64,000 nucleotides of DNA from Cirrosporium novae-zelandiae (Eukaryota): contig JAPETS010000032.1 in the NCBI GenBank assembly GCA_026023565.1, positions 186,001 through 250,000 of the forward strand, read 5' to 3'. The position numbers and the translations under genes were made by a program. Numbering within the stretch: the stretch's first letter is position 1; every line of letters starts with the position of its first letter. This document shows positions 12,534 through 24,762 of this stretch, piece by piece. A model generated the notes under the pieces. The model worked only from the letters and a program-made list of their open reading frames with translations, had not been told where the DNA came from and searched no databases.

Positions 12534-14178
12534 CGAAAGCTAACTAAGGGGGGTAGGTAAAAATGAAGTGAATTGGATTAATTTATTTTATTTCTTCTTC
12601 TTCTTCTTTTTTATGCAAGGTAAGTAAAGTTGGGAAATAATTTAATTTAATTAGACTAATTAGGGGCTTTGGTTTTTTGTTTTTTGTTTGGGATGGGATC
12701 TTTTCTTTTCCGTTGGATAACTTAAAAGTAAGTAAAGTATTGAATGAATGAATACTTGGTTGCTTACTACCCTTTTTTATATCTCGTGTTTACAACTTCT
12801 TCAGGCATATAATTCCATTTTTCTTCTTCTTCCTTTTTCTCCTTTTCTAATCCTTTTTTCAAATTATATTCTTTTCTTTCTACTTCTTAATCCTTTCTTG
12901 TTGGTGAGCGAGGGGCCCGGCCTAGAGGGAGAGTTCTTCTCACGTTTCGGTCTACGCCTTTTTTTTATTGTTAGAATCAATATCTATGGATAGATGGGGA
13001 AATGGCTCTAGAAAATTCTTGTTGGTTTTTGCTTTCTGTTCTATTTTGTTCCTTCCTTGGCCTTTGGATCTCAAGTGTGTTCCTCTAACTGTTTGGCTTG
13101 GTCGGTCTGTATTTGAGCTTGCCCGAATGTTTTCGGTTGCAATCTTCTCCCCTCCCCTCCCCCCTATTATCTATTGTCCTTTTGGGTTTTCTCTCACGTT
13201 CTTTCTTTCTCTTTAGCTTAACTCCCCTCTATTTTTGGCATCTAGTCCTCAATTCCTTTCTCGAGCTGATTCGGGTCTTCGGGTAAGCTGCATCGTATGA
13301 TGATGATGGATGAGCAGGAGAGCCGTGCAATATTTTTTATAGGTTTCTTGAAGAAGTTTGATGCGAAAAGTTGACAATGAGCCTTCTGGGCATCGATTGT
13401 AATCCTCGGATGTTAGTTAGTCAGAATCTTCTTTTATTTTGCACAACTCCGCGCGCAAAGCATCAGAGATGTGTGGATTCTTGTCAAGGTGACGGGGAGA
13501 GAGAATAATCATCCGATAAAGTGTGCTTGATTCTCCATGTAGCATGTAAAGTCCAAGTTCTCTTACGAGGGGACTAGGGAAACGGAACGAGGAGGGGAAT
13601 GTGGGTTAAGAAGGGACACAGCCAATCAACTTCCCTCAACTCCTATCGTAAAGTTAATAAGCTATCAAGGGCGGCTACTCTCCTCGGATAGTGTTTTGGG
13701 TGAGTTAGTTTTAGTTTTACCCGCCATTGGTGCTCGCTGTAAGTCTCTTGTTTTATCGGCGTCAATAGTAGAGGGTTCTCCTTATCTTGTACTCGAGTAA
13801 CACAGGATCATCTAGCCCCCCCCTCTCTCCCCGCTCCAGACTGGCCACACAAAGTCATCCAAGCATGTGTCATGTCCTTCTTGGCCTCCATTTAGATCAT
13901 AAAAAAAACTTGTTTTTCTTAAGCCCTTTGATATCCTTTGATTTTAAGAGCTAAGTTGTTGGTTAACCCGTTGGTTCGCTTGGCTATAGGACGTAGTATA
14001 TATCTATATCTATATATGAAAAGGAGGGGTAGCCTGCTGCTGGTCAACTCCTAAATTTGATCTTGTGCTAGTTTCTTTAATCTCTAATTTAATTTTTTTC
14101 AGCACAAGGCTTCTTTGCTAGTTTGTCCCGAAGGACAGGCAGGTGTGTTCCTTTCCTTTCCCTTTCACACCTTACAAA

Positions 14179-14961
14179 ATGGATTCATACAATATATATG
14201 GCGATATGTGGGGGGACCCTACTGCCGAAGAGCAAATGTGGGACCTACGTAGCATGCCCTTAGACGAAGACCAAATACGGAACCTACACAGCACGCCCTT
14301 ACATGATGCCGTACACAATAGAGACCTTCGCCTGACACAGCAACTATTGAATAATGGTGCCGATATCCACCTTCGTGACGACCAGGCCAGAGATGCATTG
14401 CAGGCAGCGGTGATTGTTTCGAACAACACGGAAGTTATCCAGTGCCTGCTCGACAACGGAGCGAACGTGAATGCCGCAGAAGGTGCACACGGAACTGCTC
14501 TGCAGCAAGCTGCCAGGGACGGTGATGAAAATGTTGTTCAACTGTTGCTGGATCATGGTGCACAGATTGGTCGTTTCGACCTGTCTTTGCAATATGCTGC
14601 CGAGACCGGAAGAGAGGACATTGTCAGAACCCTGTTACAATATGGTGCGGATGTTAACGGCGGCGATGAATTTAGTATGTATGGATATCCGATTGAAGCT
14701 GCGGCGCACTATGGAAGCGAGCCGGTGGTGCGCATGCTGCTGGATGCGGGTGCGGATGTCAACGCGCAAGGCGGTTATCACGGGAACGCATTGCAAGCTG
14801 CTGCCCGATATGGCAGAGTAAGGCTGGTGCATATGTTGCTAGAGGCGGGCGCTGATGTAAATGCGCAGGGTGGGGTTTATAAAAATGCGTTGGAGTCGGC
14901 AACGAAAAGAGGTCACGGAGAGGTGGCGGAGATCCTTCTCGCTGCTGGTGCCAGGCTATAA
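14179..14961 (+). CDS. Stand-alone ankyrin repeat protein (260 aa)
   Basis: ATG at 14179 in AAAATG context. About 7 ankyrin repeats (TPLHDAV, GANVNAAEGAHGTALQQAA, GADVNAQGGYHGNALQAAA, GADVNAQGGVYKNALESA). TATA-like run near 14000-14018. Confidence 0.9.
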   Translation: MDSYNIYGDMWGDPTAEEQMWDLRSMPLDEDQIRNLHSTPLHDAVHNRDLRLTQQLLNNGADIHLRDDQARDALQAAVIVSNNTEVIQCLLDNGANVNAAEGAHGTALQQAARDGDENVVQLLLDHGAQIGRFDLSLQYAAETGREDIVRTLLQYGADVNGGDEFSMYGYPIEAAAHYGSEPVVRMLLDAGADVNAQGGYHGNALQAAARYGRVRLVHMLLEAGADVNAQGGVYKNALESATKRGHGEVAEILLAAGARL

Positions 14962-15488
14962 TATAAGCTTGAGGGGTTTATTTTAATCTGTATTGGACAT
15001 TGAGGGTCGGCTTTCATCATATAGTGGAGCTAAAGTTCTCCTTAATTAGTTTTTATCGATCGATCAGAGGATCTTAGACAAGAGGTAATCACCTTGTCGG
15101 GTCACCCTCCAATTGACTTATTAGTCGGCATTCCTAAGAGAATCTTCTGGTCATCCTCAACCGTCGACAACTGGATTACCATAACAATAATAAGAATAGA
15201 AAAACACACGGGAGCCGAGAAGACCACATCTAAAAGCACTGGAATTATATTGCAATAAGCAGTACTATTGTCAATAGAAGAACGAAAACATGGCAACGTT
15301 TGCGTCATCATAGCCAATCATATCATGTCATATCATAGCTCCTAAATATATGTTATGTATACACACGAAGATTAAAAACAAAAAATAAAAATAAAAATAA
15401 ATACAAGATTCGCTCGCTAACCCCGACTCCCCACCTGCCTGCTGCTCCCCTTGAATGCATACGTGTCAATCAATAATCTCATCTCATC

Positions 15489-18400
15489 TCATCTTAGTTC
15501 CTGCCCCCTCCTTACGGACCCGAACCCCCTACTTAACAGCTCCGTGATTTCGGCACTCGGCCTATTGACATCGCGGCTTTCGTTGTCCGTTCTCCTGGCA
15601 CTTCCTCTTCGGGGGATTTCGAGTTCATTGGCATCGTTGTCGTCGTCGTCTGTAGCGCCATCGCCGTCTCTCCACCTGACCCTCTCATCTGCACTGTTTC
15701 CCCCCTTTCTCTTTCCCTTTCCCTTCCCCTTCCCTTTCCCCTTCCTTTGCTCCCACATCACCCTAGGTCTATCCAACAAAGCCTGTACCTGTTCCTCCCT
15801 AGCCGTCTGTACGGCTTGCTCCCTCGCTACTTCTAGACTTGATTTCTTCTTGCCGCGATCCCAGCCCTGCTGGAGTTCGTTGGCTGCGGCTTCTTCAAAG
15901 CGCTTCTTGAGAAACTGGTCCTGTTCGAATTCCTGGAAGACGTCGACGTCCGACGGGAGGAAGGCGTTTTTGAAGGTGCAGAGAGCGATTTCGAATAGGA
16001 TTACCGAGGTGATGATTAGAAGGATGCAGGTCCACCAGAGGAGTTCCTTGCCGAAGCGGTTGAGCAAGGCACCATTGACGTAGTATTCGGCGCTGGTAGA
16101 GTATAGGGCTGATAATAGGAGGTTGAACATCCACCAACCGCCAACAGAGATGATGACTCCTATGGCATTGATGATGGATCGGTAGTGCATCTCGATTAGT
16201 TGGAGTTTGGTTGCGATGATGACGATACAACAGGTAAATGTTAAGACTCCCATGGAGTAGAGGTCATTTTCTGCGGTTAGGATATCATTTCCATAAAGTG
16301 TGTACATGCTAAAATATATGATGACTGCTTCAGAGGCGGCTGTGAACATCCAATAAAGATATACTTTGATGTTGAACCCCTCGTTACGTTGACCGATGCC
16401 ATACAGTTCTGGAACGGCCAGTAACGTAGACGCAGAAAGATCTTTTTCGAAGATGCCAAGGATGATAACTGGAAGAGAGGTGAAAAGCGTGTTGAACATA
16501 GACATACTCCAAGCTTCATAAAGACTTGTGCCCGTATAACCTCCCCAGCGCTGAAAGAGAGCTTGTGTGAGATAGAAAACCTATTAAAAAGTTAATATCA
16601 GTAGGCCAACCTTTTAGCAAGAATATTTACCATTTCTTTCCAGAACGTGCCTAATGTATATTTACATGTTCTGATATAGTTCCATCGTCCATGGACCAGC
16701 AAGAGTTTCAAAAGGAATCTGAATTGTGCAATGGAGTAGTCAGATGACCGAGCTGCTTGTAAACCTTCCTTGCCAGCAATGCCGATGCCGACATGTGCTT
16801 CTTGAATCATAGCAATGTCATTGGCACCGTCACCGATCGCAAGAGTGACTGTATGTTTGACTTTGTTGCGAATGTGAGCGACAAGAGATGCCTTCTGGCT
16901 TGGACTTGCCCTGCAGCAAATGACAGAATCCGCAAGCACTGCTAGCTCAATGAATAGTTTCATGATCATCTCGTTGTTCTCAATGTTACCAAGAGTTTGT
17001 CCATCAATCACAATCACAGAATGGGCGACGCAGCCACTTCGAATGTCAAGTTCTGCTGCAGCAATAGTTTGATCGACGTGCCCATCCTTTGAGTCTAGAA
17101 TTGTTATGGTAGAATAATCTTTGATCAGTCTGCAAGAATGTCCGATGTTGATGGCCGTCTCGCGCTTATCGCCAGTTAACATCCATAACCTGATGTTGGC
17201 TCGTCGAAGCTTGTCGATTGTTTCTGGAACGCCCTTCTGAAGTTTGTCTTCAATAGCGGTAGCACCGGCTAATTCGAAATCTTGCTCAATCATTTCCGCC
17301 GCCTTTTCGACCTTTTCTTGTCGATCGACTAAGCTTGTCGTGGCGTCATGATAAAGCTTTTTCCAATGGTGGTATTCGTGCTCTTCAACAAATTTATACC
17401 CGTAGAGTAATGTTCTCAGTCCTTCCGTAGCAAAATCATTGATGTGTTGGAAGCATCTTTCGAATACAGCTTCTTCATCATTGACGAGCGATTCCTCGAC
17501 AAGCTCATCGGCATCGGCTTCAGCTTGTGCCTTACGACTCTCACCAAATGCATTCGAATGACGAGCTGTGAACTGCGCAGAGGGACGAGGAGTGTAATAC
17601 GCATTATCCTCGTCGTGGGATCTTGCGTCCACGTCTGTTTCACGATCCTTAAGCCAGGAATCCACCTCATCTCGAATAGGCTGAAGCCGGGTAGAAGATA
17701 TGCTAACTCGGCCCAGACCTCCTATGCTACTCCTACCCATAGTTAGGCTCCTCCTGGGTAAGCTATCCTTGCGAGTAATTTGTGAGCTATTACGTCGTAT
17801 AACTTCTTGAGCCTCAATACTTTTTCTTTGACTTGCTCTTCGTTCGACTTGTTGAGCACGCTCGTAGGCTAGCGTCGATCTTCGCAGCCGCTGAGCAAGT
17901 ATGGAGTCTGCACCCTTGCAGAAGATGCAAATACGACCGTCTGGTAGTCGCAAGATAACAGACATCCTTTTCCGAGCGCTTGAAAATTCTATCACCTCAA
18001 GAATCTCAAAAACTTCAGTTATTGACTCCCCATCAAGAGCTGGCGAAGGGGTCTTGATAGCAATAGTAGATGCCTGTCTATCGACAAAGATATATCCCAT
18101 TTCCTTAGCGGCATCGACCAAAGCCAGCTCATCTGGTGAAGCTGCTTGATAATTAATGTCTCCGTCATCCGTTATCTCTGGATGGCATGTGTGACAGACT
18201 GCCAAGGACAACAAGAAGAATCGGACGCGTTGAGCAAATGCTGTATGAGGCTTACGTTGGATATATTGTAACATCTCTTCAGTCTGACCCTCATGTTGAC
18301 GTTTGGTAGGCCTGGCAGAAGATGTCCACCCTGACATGACGGAACTACTTCTAGGCAATCCACTGGGTCGTTCTCCAGATTCGCGTCGAGGTTTAGAAGT

Positions 18401-20683
18401 GGAAATACGACCTCTTATCGCATCTCCAATACTCTGTCTAGCTGGCTTCTTGCCCTTGCTTCGTTTTTTATGGAGAAGTTTCTGACGACTTTCTAAAGCA
18501 GCTTCCTCCTGAAGATCGAAGTCGTGTAACCAGGCCGTTCCCGCGACACTCATTTTTCGGAACCGCATAGAATTGTTGGTTAAAGTTCCAGTTTTATCGG
18601 AGAATATATAGCGCACTTGGCCAAGCTCTTCATTGATTGTTGACGTCCTTGCTTCCAGTGGAATATCAGAGACTTCATCATACATGTCAATGTCGTTCAG
18701 GAACATTTGCTGGAAGAGCTTGACAATTTCCATACTAACATAAAGTGACAGAGGGATCATGGTATTGAACATGATGATGAAAGCAGTCAAAATTTGATAA
18801 AAGGGGACATTTTGTCCCTCCAAATACCAAGCATCATCTTCATGCTTTCCGGACCAGATTGCATATGCTGCAGAATTAAAGACAGCAAGAGCAAGCACAA
18901 AGATGACGACGATAATGACAATGTGATTAACTAGACGTTGCAGAGAGGGCGCTTTGGATCGTGGGTTTTTATTTGCATTCATCCGAATTTTTGTTTCTTC
19001 CCCGGTGTAGATGGCCACTCCTAGAGCTTCCTTGGTATTCCTCAGAACGCTACCACGATATACGATCTCGTTGTTGGTTAATGGTAGTGTTTCGCCATTA
19101 ATAGTAACCCTCCCATCAAAGTTATAGAGGTCTAGGTTTGGATCTTCAACGACGAAATGAACAGAGCACTGGGCAAGTTCATCTGGTGTCTTGCACTTCT
19201 TTGATAGGGCTGGGCATGGAGATTTGTTCTTAAGGTTGGTTTCTCCATCGAGTGCCATTGTCTCAATGTAAGCAACTTCATTCAATCCGTCCGCATAAAG
19301 CAAAGCAAGGTCTGCGGGAGCAGGATCATCACGCTCTAACTTGACGATATCTCCAACCCTAATGTTTTGCCATTTAATCTTTATCCAAGAATCGGCGGTT
19401 GACGTGCCCGTACCGGCTAAGGCCAAAGTTGACTCACTGGCCTCATCGATATTCGGGATTTTTCGATCCTTTAGTAGAACCCAGGCCTCCCGGTTATTTT
19501 CTTCTTTATCCAGGCGATGACGCTTGAAATCCTCCCAGCCTTCCTTGGCTATAGATAAACAGATGAAGAACATCAGAGGAATAATGGTTGTGTAGGTTCC
19601 TGTAGTACTCAGTGAGGGTATCATTTGGAGGATTGACACTACGAGGAAATAAAAATTTGCTAGCTTTCCAAACTGGAAAACAAGTTGCCGTGGTAAAAAG
19701 TTGAAAACTGTATACCGGCTGGAGCGGATGCTATTATCGACATAGGGTTTTCCAGTACGCTCATCTGAATGATTCCCTTTTCTTGTTACGTCCAGATCAA
19801 CATGCCTACCATCCTTACTAGGAGGAATTTCCTGGATTCTAAGAATCGCTTTGCGGAGTGGTTCGAGTGATGCCATAATCCTCCTGAAAATAGACTTGTG
19901 AGATGCTTTTTCGGTCGCCCATGTTTCATAATGTGGTAAATGAGAGAAATCTGGCTCAGGCCCAGCTTTTTTACCATCCTTAATAGATGGAGGAGAAGCT
20001 CTGTCTTTGGAAACCGGGGAGATGGTAACGGTAGGCTCGGCTTTCTTAGAGGACGTTGGAGAAATGGGGGAGACTGGGGAGACGGGGGAAAGGGGTGAGT
20101 GTGCCGGTTGGTCTGAAGCATCCCCGGTTCCAGGTTGAAGCTCCATCGCAGCACCATGACCATCGCGGAGATTCCTATTAAACAATGACCTACGGAGGGA
20201 GTAACCCCGATTTCTGGTACGCGGCGAGGTAGGGCTTTGAGGCGACGGTTCAGCTTGCGATGGAGATCCCGTTTCCAAGGATACTGGAGATATTATAGTA
20301 CTAGGGGTCTTTATGTTCTCTCCTCCTCTAGTATCAATCGAAAGCGGAGGCCTCCCGGTCCCTAAGGACGGTCTCACTCTCTCGACGCTCATTCTATTAC
20401 TGGGTTGGCTTGACATGGGCGCGGAACGTTGGATGTCTTCAGAAAATCGAACTCTCGGCGCAGGTCCACTGGAGTGACGCGAACTTGGTGGCTGTCCGCC
20501 ACCATCACTTGAGGAGGCCATGGCGGAATGCAGCGGTTCGGTGGCAACTCTCTTCGGTTTATCAATTGGATCTGGTGGATGTTGTCCCTCCATCGCAATT
20601 AGAAAGTCATCGGCATATTGGGCCGACCTCCTCCTCCGCACACCATTGTTGCTCCCAGAATTAGGGAGCTCATCATCTGTCAT
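15489..20683 (-). CDS. DNF3: Phospholipid-translocating P4-type ATPase (flippase), Dnf3-like
   Basis: Motifs DGETNLK, IPLSLYV, SDKTGTLT, ASPDE, LTGDK, GDGAND and C-terminal TM helices. Coding intron 16630-16581 (GTAAAT...TAG) joins KEM to VFYLTQALFQRW. Probable 5' UTR intron 20771-20703. Confidence 0.93.
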
Positions 20684-20870
20684 TGTTGTCGTATCAGGTC
20701 ATCTGAACATCCGGCGGAAAGATTAATTAGATACCGAGCATAATATTCTAAGTTGGAGAAGTACCACTTACCGACAGCTCCATCCCATCACTACCAAGTT
20801 ATTTCAACCATCGAAGGGGGATTCGAAGCTAAGTTTCAATGATGGTTGAGATGTGTTCAAGTCCAACTCC

Positions 20871-20950
20871 AAGATTAACAAAGATTAACAAAGATTAACA
20901 AAGATCAAAAGATCAAAAGATCAAAAAAAGATCAACAAGATCAGCAAGAT
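20871..20950. repeat. Tandem AAGATTAACA x3 decaying into AAGATCA-type units
   Basis: Read directly; lies upstream of the P4-ATPase start. Confidence 0.85.
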
Positions 20951-21431
20951 GGCGGACAATGTAACCATCTCTCGGGAGCACTTTTCAGGTTATGGTGGGC
21001 TGCCAAGAATTACTGTGGACGACCCCAATTAGCGGATGCCCTTGCAGACAATGACGCAACTTTTCCTTCCCAGAAACAGCAGAAACAACCGTCGCATCTC
21101 AATAGTAAAAAGTAGGGATCCGTTGGTTCATCTCTTTTTGTAATGAACTCCCTCTTCCCTTTCATTTCTCTCATTCCTTTTATTAGTTCACTATGGCTCA
21201 CTCTTTCAACCAGACGGTCATTCTTCAAAGTTGTCCAAGCCCACTTACATCGAGGCGGTGACATCTGGTCTAGGTCCTTGGCTTCTGCTCTATTGACTAT
21301 GTTTCAGCCGAAGGATAATTTGACAAGTATACCGACCGCCAGCTCATGACCATCTTATATAATCTCGGAGGGCTGAGATGTTTCTCCACATTCCGCATCC
21401 GATGCCATGCAATTAGATGTAATTATCTATG

Positions 21432-23535
21432 CTAATTATGGACTTCTGCCCATTCCCTATAAAAGTTGAGGCTATCCACATTTGCCACAGATGCAGACAT
21501 TTTGATATCCATGCCAGAAAGTATATGCTTGACAGCATTCTCGACCTTTTTGCCATTGGTGGTCACAGGAATTTCTGGACACTGATCAATGATTCCAGGA
21601 ACATGTCTCGCGCTCAACTCCTTGCGAATCCTTCCTTTAATACTATCAACCAAATCATCCGAAATTTCATATCCATTCATCATTTTTAGAAACAATACCA
21701 CGGTTTCGTCAGTATCCGTCTCCCTCCTTCTACCAATGCAAAGCGCATCCTCGATGTTCGGGAAGTACTTTAATAAGACATTGTAGATTTCCGAACTTCC
21801 AAATCGTACACCAGAAGGCTTCAAGACACCGTCACTCCGCCCGAGCATCCAGAGGCCTCCAGTCCGTGGATTTATTTGGATGTAGTCACCGTGATGCCAG
21901 ATGCCTGGGAACTTCTCGAAGTAGCTCTTTCGATATCTTTCGACGCCATCTCGTCCCCAGAACGCAACCGGCTGGCATGGAAATGATTTAACACATACAA
22001 GTTCACCTGGTTCGCCTTTGTGCGTCACATTCTGTCCGTTCAGATCCCATACTTCGACGGCCATACCCAGTCCACGCACCATAATTTCTCCCTGGTACAC
22101 TGGAGATATTGGTGATGGCGCCCCAAACAGAGATATGATATCTGTTCCACCAGTAATAGACCCTAGTAGAATCTTCGGTCCAAAGGCTCGATATACGTAA
22201 TCAAATGTTGAAGGCGCAAGGGGGCTTCCAGTACTATATATTGCCCTCAGTGTTTTCATTGGGACCTCCTTCTTTGGCATAATATCCTTTTGCTCTAGCA
22301 GTGAAAGGTATTTGGCAGATGTCCCAAAATGAGCTACATCCAGTTCTTCAATCAAACGCGGCATCGCCATTTCGCCATGACCAGATCCATCCAACGGCCG
22401 AAAAGGCGAACCGTCATAAAGCACAAGAGTCGCTCCGCTAGCCAGAGCAGAAACTAGCCAATGCCACATCATCCACGTGCAAGTAGTAAAATAGAATATA
22501 CGTTCTCCCGGTCGAATGTCACATTGTATCTCATGTTCCTTTTTGTGCTGAATCAATGTTCCAATGGATCCGTGGATAATGCATTTCGGGGTTCCAGTAG
22601 TACCGGAGGAATAAAGTATATATACCGGATGATCTGCAGGCAATTGAGCAAATCCAGGGTGGCTCTGAGGATCATAGGCTGTGACGAGATCTTTATATTT
22701 CCAAGCCTTTCCCTGGGCAACCGATATATCACTCAAGTCAAATGGGTGGTCTCGAACGCTCTCAAACATAACAAGGCCCTTAAGGGTAGACAGCTGCTTG
22801 GAAACTTGTGCCACTTTGTCATGTGTGTCATGAATTCTGCCATTGTATACAACGGCGTTGTCAGCGAATAGAATCGTCGGTTCAATCTGCATTAGCCTAT
22901 CGAGGACAGCGTGAACGCCCGTGTCTGGAGAGATTCCTGTCCATATAGCTCCTATGGAAGTGGTTCCAAGCATAGCCACCACCGTGTTAGTATGATTCCC
23001 CAGATATCCGGCAACCTTGTCCCCAACCTGAACGCCCATAGAAAGGAGGGCCGTCGCACATTTTCTGGCCCGTTCTCGCAATTCCTTCCAGGTCACATGC
23101 TCACGAGAAGTCTCTGTAGCTGCGATGATCGCGGTTGAGTTCTCGTCCGGTTGGCATGCAGGATAGAGCAAATTTTCAGCAAAATTGAGTTTTGCGCCTT
23201 CAAAGAAAGTAGGTCGTGGAAACATAGGCGCCGCTTCATCGAAAGCCTAGCAATGGTGAGCTTTAGAGAACATAATTTGGTATAACACCTACTTTCGAGA
23301 AAGTCTTGGAAGACCGTATGGCAGTGAAATGCCATACTTCCTCCCAAAAGTCCGAAGTACTATCTAAACTCCACTGGTAAAGGTCGTCATAAGTTTTCAA
23401 AGGTAAATTATATTTTTTGCTGATCAGTTCTTTGAAAGTATGTACTCGAGTTGATTCTGGCCGAGGATTGGTCCAGAGAATCTGTGCAGGGCCCTTGGAT
23501 TCACCACCCAACACCGAATTGTTGGGAGCCGTCAT
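21432..23535 (-). CDS. Acetoacetyl-CoA synthetase (acetoacetate-CoA ligase, ANL superfamily)
   Basis: AMP-binding loop YSSGTTGTPK, plus FFEGAKLNFAENLL, TTCTWMMWHWL, WHHGD, GRSDGVLKPSGVRFGSSEIY and TNGKKVE. Exons 23535-23293 and 23246-21432; intron 23292-23247. Confidence 0.93.
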
Positions 23536-23940
23536 TTTGGATAGACGACCTTGAATTATAATGCAATAATTGTAGCAATGTTATAAAAGAAAATGGACAT
23601 GATACGCCTAGACATGGCCTTCTATATCTTATGACATGAATACTGGGGATAGTGCAATTCTTTTAAGAATTGAGATGGTGCTGACCGCATTGTTCCGTAA
23701 GTTTTCAGAAGCCGGTGTTGGCGATTTCGGAGAGTATTCGGCGTACAATGGCGTCAATAAGGAATTCTATCTTGGGACCTTTCAGCATATTGTACAACCA
23801 AAATACTGTGATATTCTTTGGGTTCGTCTCCAGCTAGACTTTCTATTTGTTAGAACTCAAGAACAATGCAAGTTTGATTACTTTTGACAGGTAGAAATGA
23901 AAGCGACCAGACACAAAGATGAAATCAGAAATATAATCCT

Positions 23941-24058
23941 GGGGAGGCCTTTAAAAAAAATAGCTTTCAACAACAATTCGTTTTGAAGACTTCCCCAAAG
24001 CCTCAAAGACAAATTAATTATAAATATATAAAAATTGATTTTGTTTGAAGGCCTCCTT
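23941..24058. mobile_element. Degenerate inverted-repeat relic (MITE-like)
   Basis: GGGGAGGCCTTTAAAA at 23941 has imperfect reverse-complement copies at 23981-23996 (TTTTGAAGACTTCCCC) and 24044-24058 (TTTGAAGGCCTCCTT), with an AT-rich interior. No TSD seen. Confidence 0.4.
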
Positions 24059-24217
24059 AAGGTCTTGAAAGTACCGTAATTACCTTTCCTAGTTTAGTGT
24101 GTACCATCTAGAATCGTACTCCCAAGTTAGCAGGGCGGATTAAAGTGCCGCCTTTAAGCGAGCTCCTTTAAACTTCCCAAACCTCAACCATAAGGTAATG
24201 TGAGTGAATTAATATGA

Positions 24218-24291
24218 GTGAATCGACCTGGTGAATCGGCCTGGTGAGTCGGCCCTGGTGAGTCGGTTCTGGTGAATCGGCCTGGTGAATC
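24218..24291. repeat. Minisatellite, 13-14 bp unit GTGARTCGGCCTG, about 5.5 copies
   Basis: Units gtgaatcgacctg / gtgaatcggcctg / gtgagtcggccctg / gtgagtcggttctg / gtgaatcggcctg / gtgaatc. Confidence 0.9.
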
Positions 24292-24762
24292 AAATACAAG
24301 CCCTTAGTTGTCCCCCAAAGCATAAATAACCTCATTTGTCCCTCTTAGTCTTTTTCTCTCTCCTTAGAAACCAACTTCTTTCGCCTACTCAATTCTACCT
24401 TTTATCACGAGTCTATCAATACCCGGTCTCAAAAATAGCTTGAACCTCCAAAACTTCATTTAGCTGTTTATGATACCGAAATATAGTGATGGTTTGGATT
24501 TTAATCAAAACTATCATTTAGGTCTGGATCTGATCATAATCAAAGCCCCTCAAGTTGTCTATAAGAGTGCTTGAACCCCCTCTTATCCTTACTTCCATCT
24601 CACAACCTCTTTCACTTCTATTCCCTTTACGAATTTCTTGACTTGACCTCATAATTTCCCTCATCTCTTTGTCTCTTGACTCTAGAAAACTTTTACATTT
24701 TCCCATACCCATCTTACAACTTCCTCGGCCTTTTTGTTTTTCTATTTTGAACAAATCTCACG

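Noticed and set aside
12620..12663. 44-nt intron GTAAGT...GACTAAT-TAG
   Set aside because: Branch point is too close to the AG; the donor more plausibly pairs with the 12804 acceptor.
15451..16083. 210-aa + strand ORF and similar antisense ORFs inside the flippase, AACS, LCB2 and C2H2 genes
   Set aside because: Antisense shadows of real coding sequence.
24218..24291. Repeat array as CRISPR-like
   Set aside because: No unique spacers, unit too short, eukaryotic context, no cas genes.
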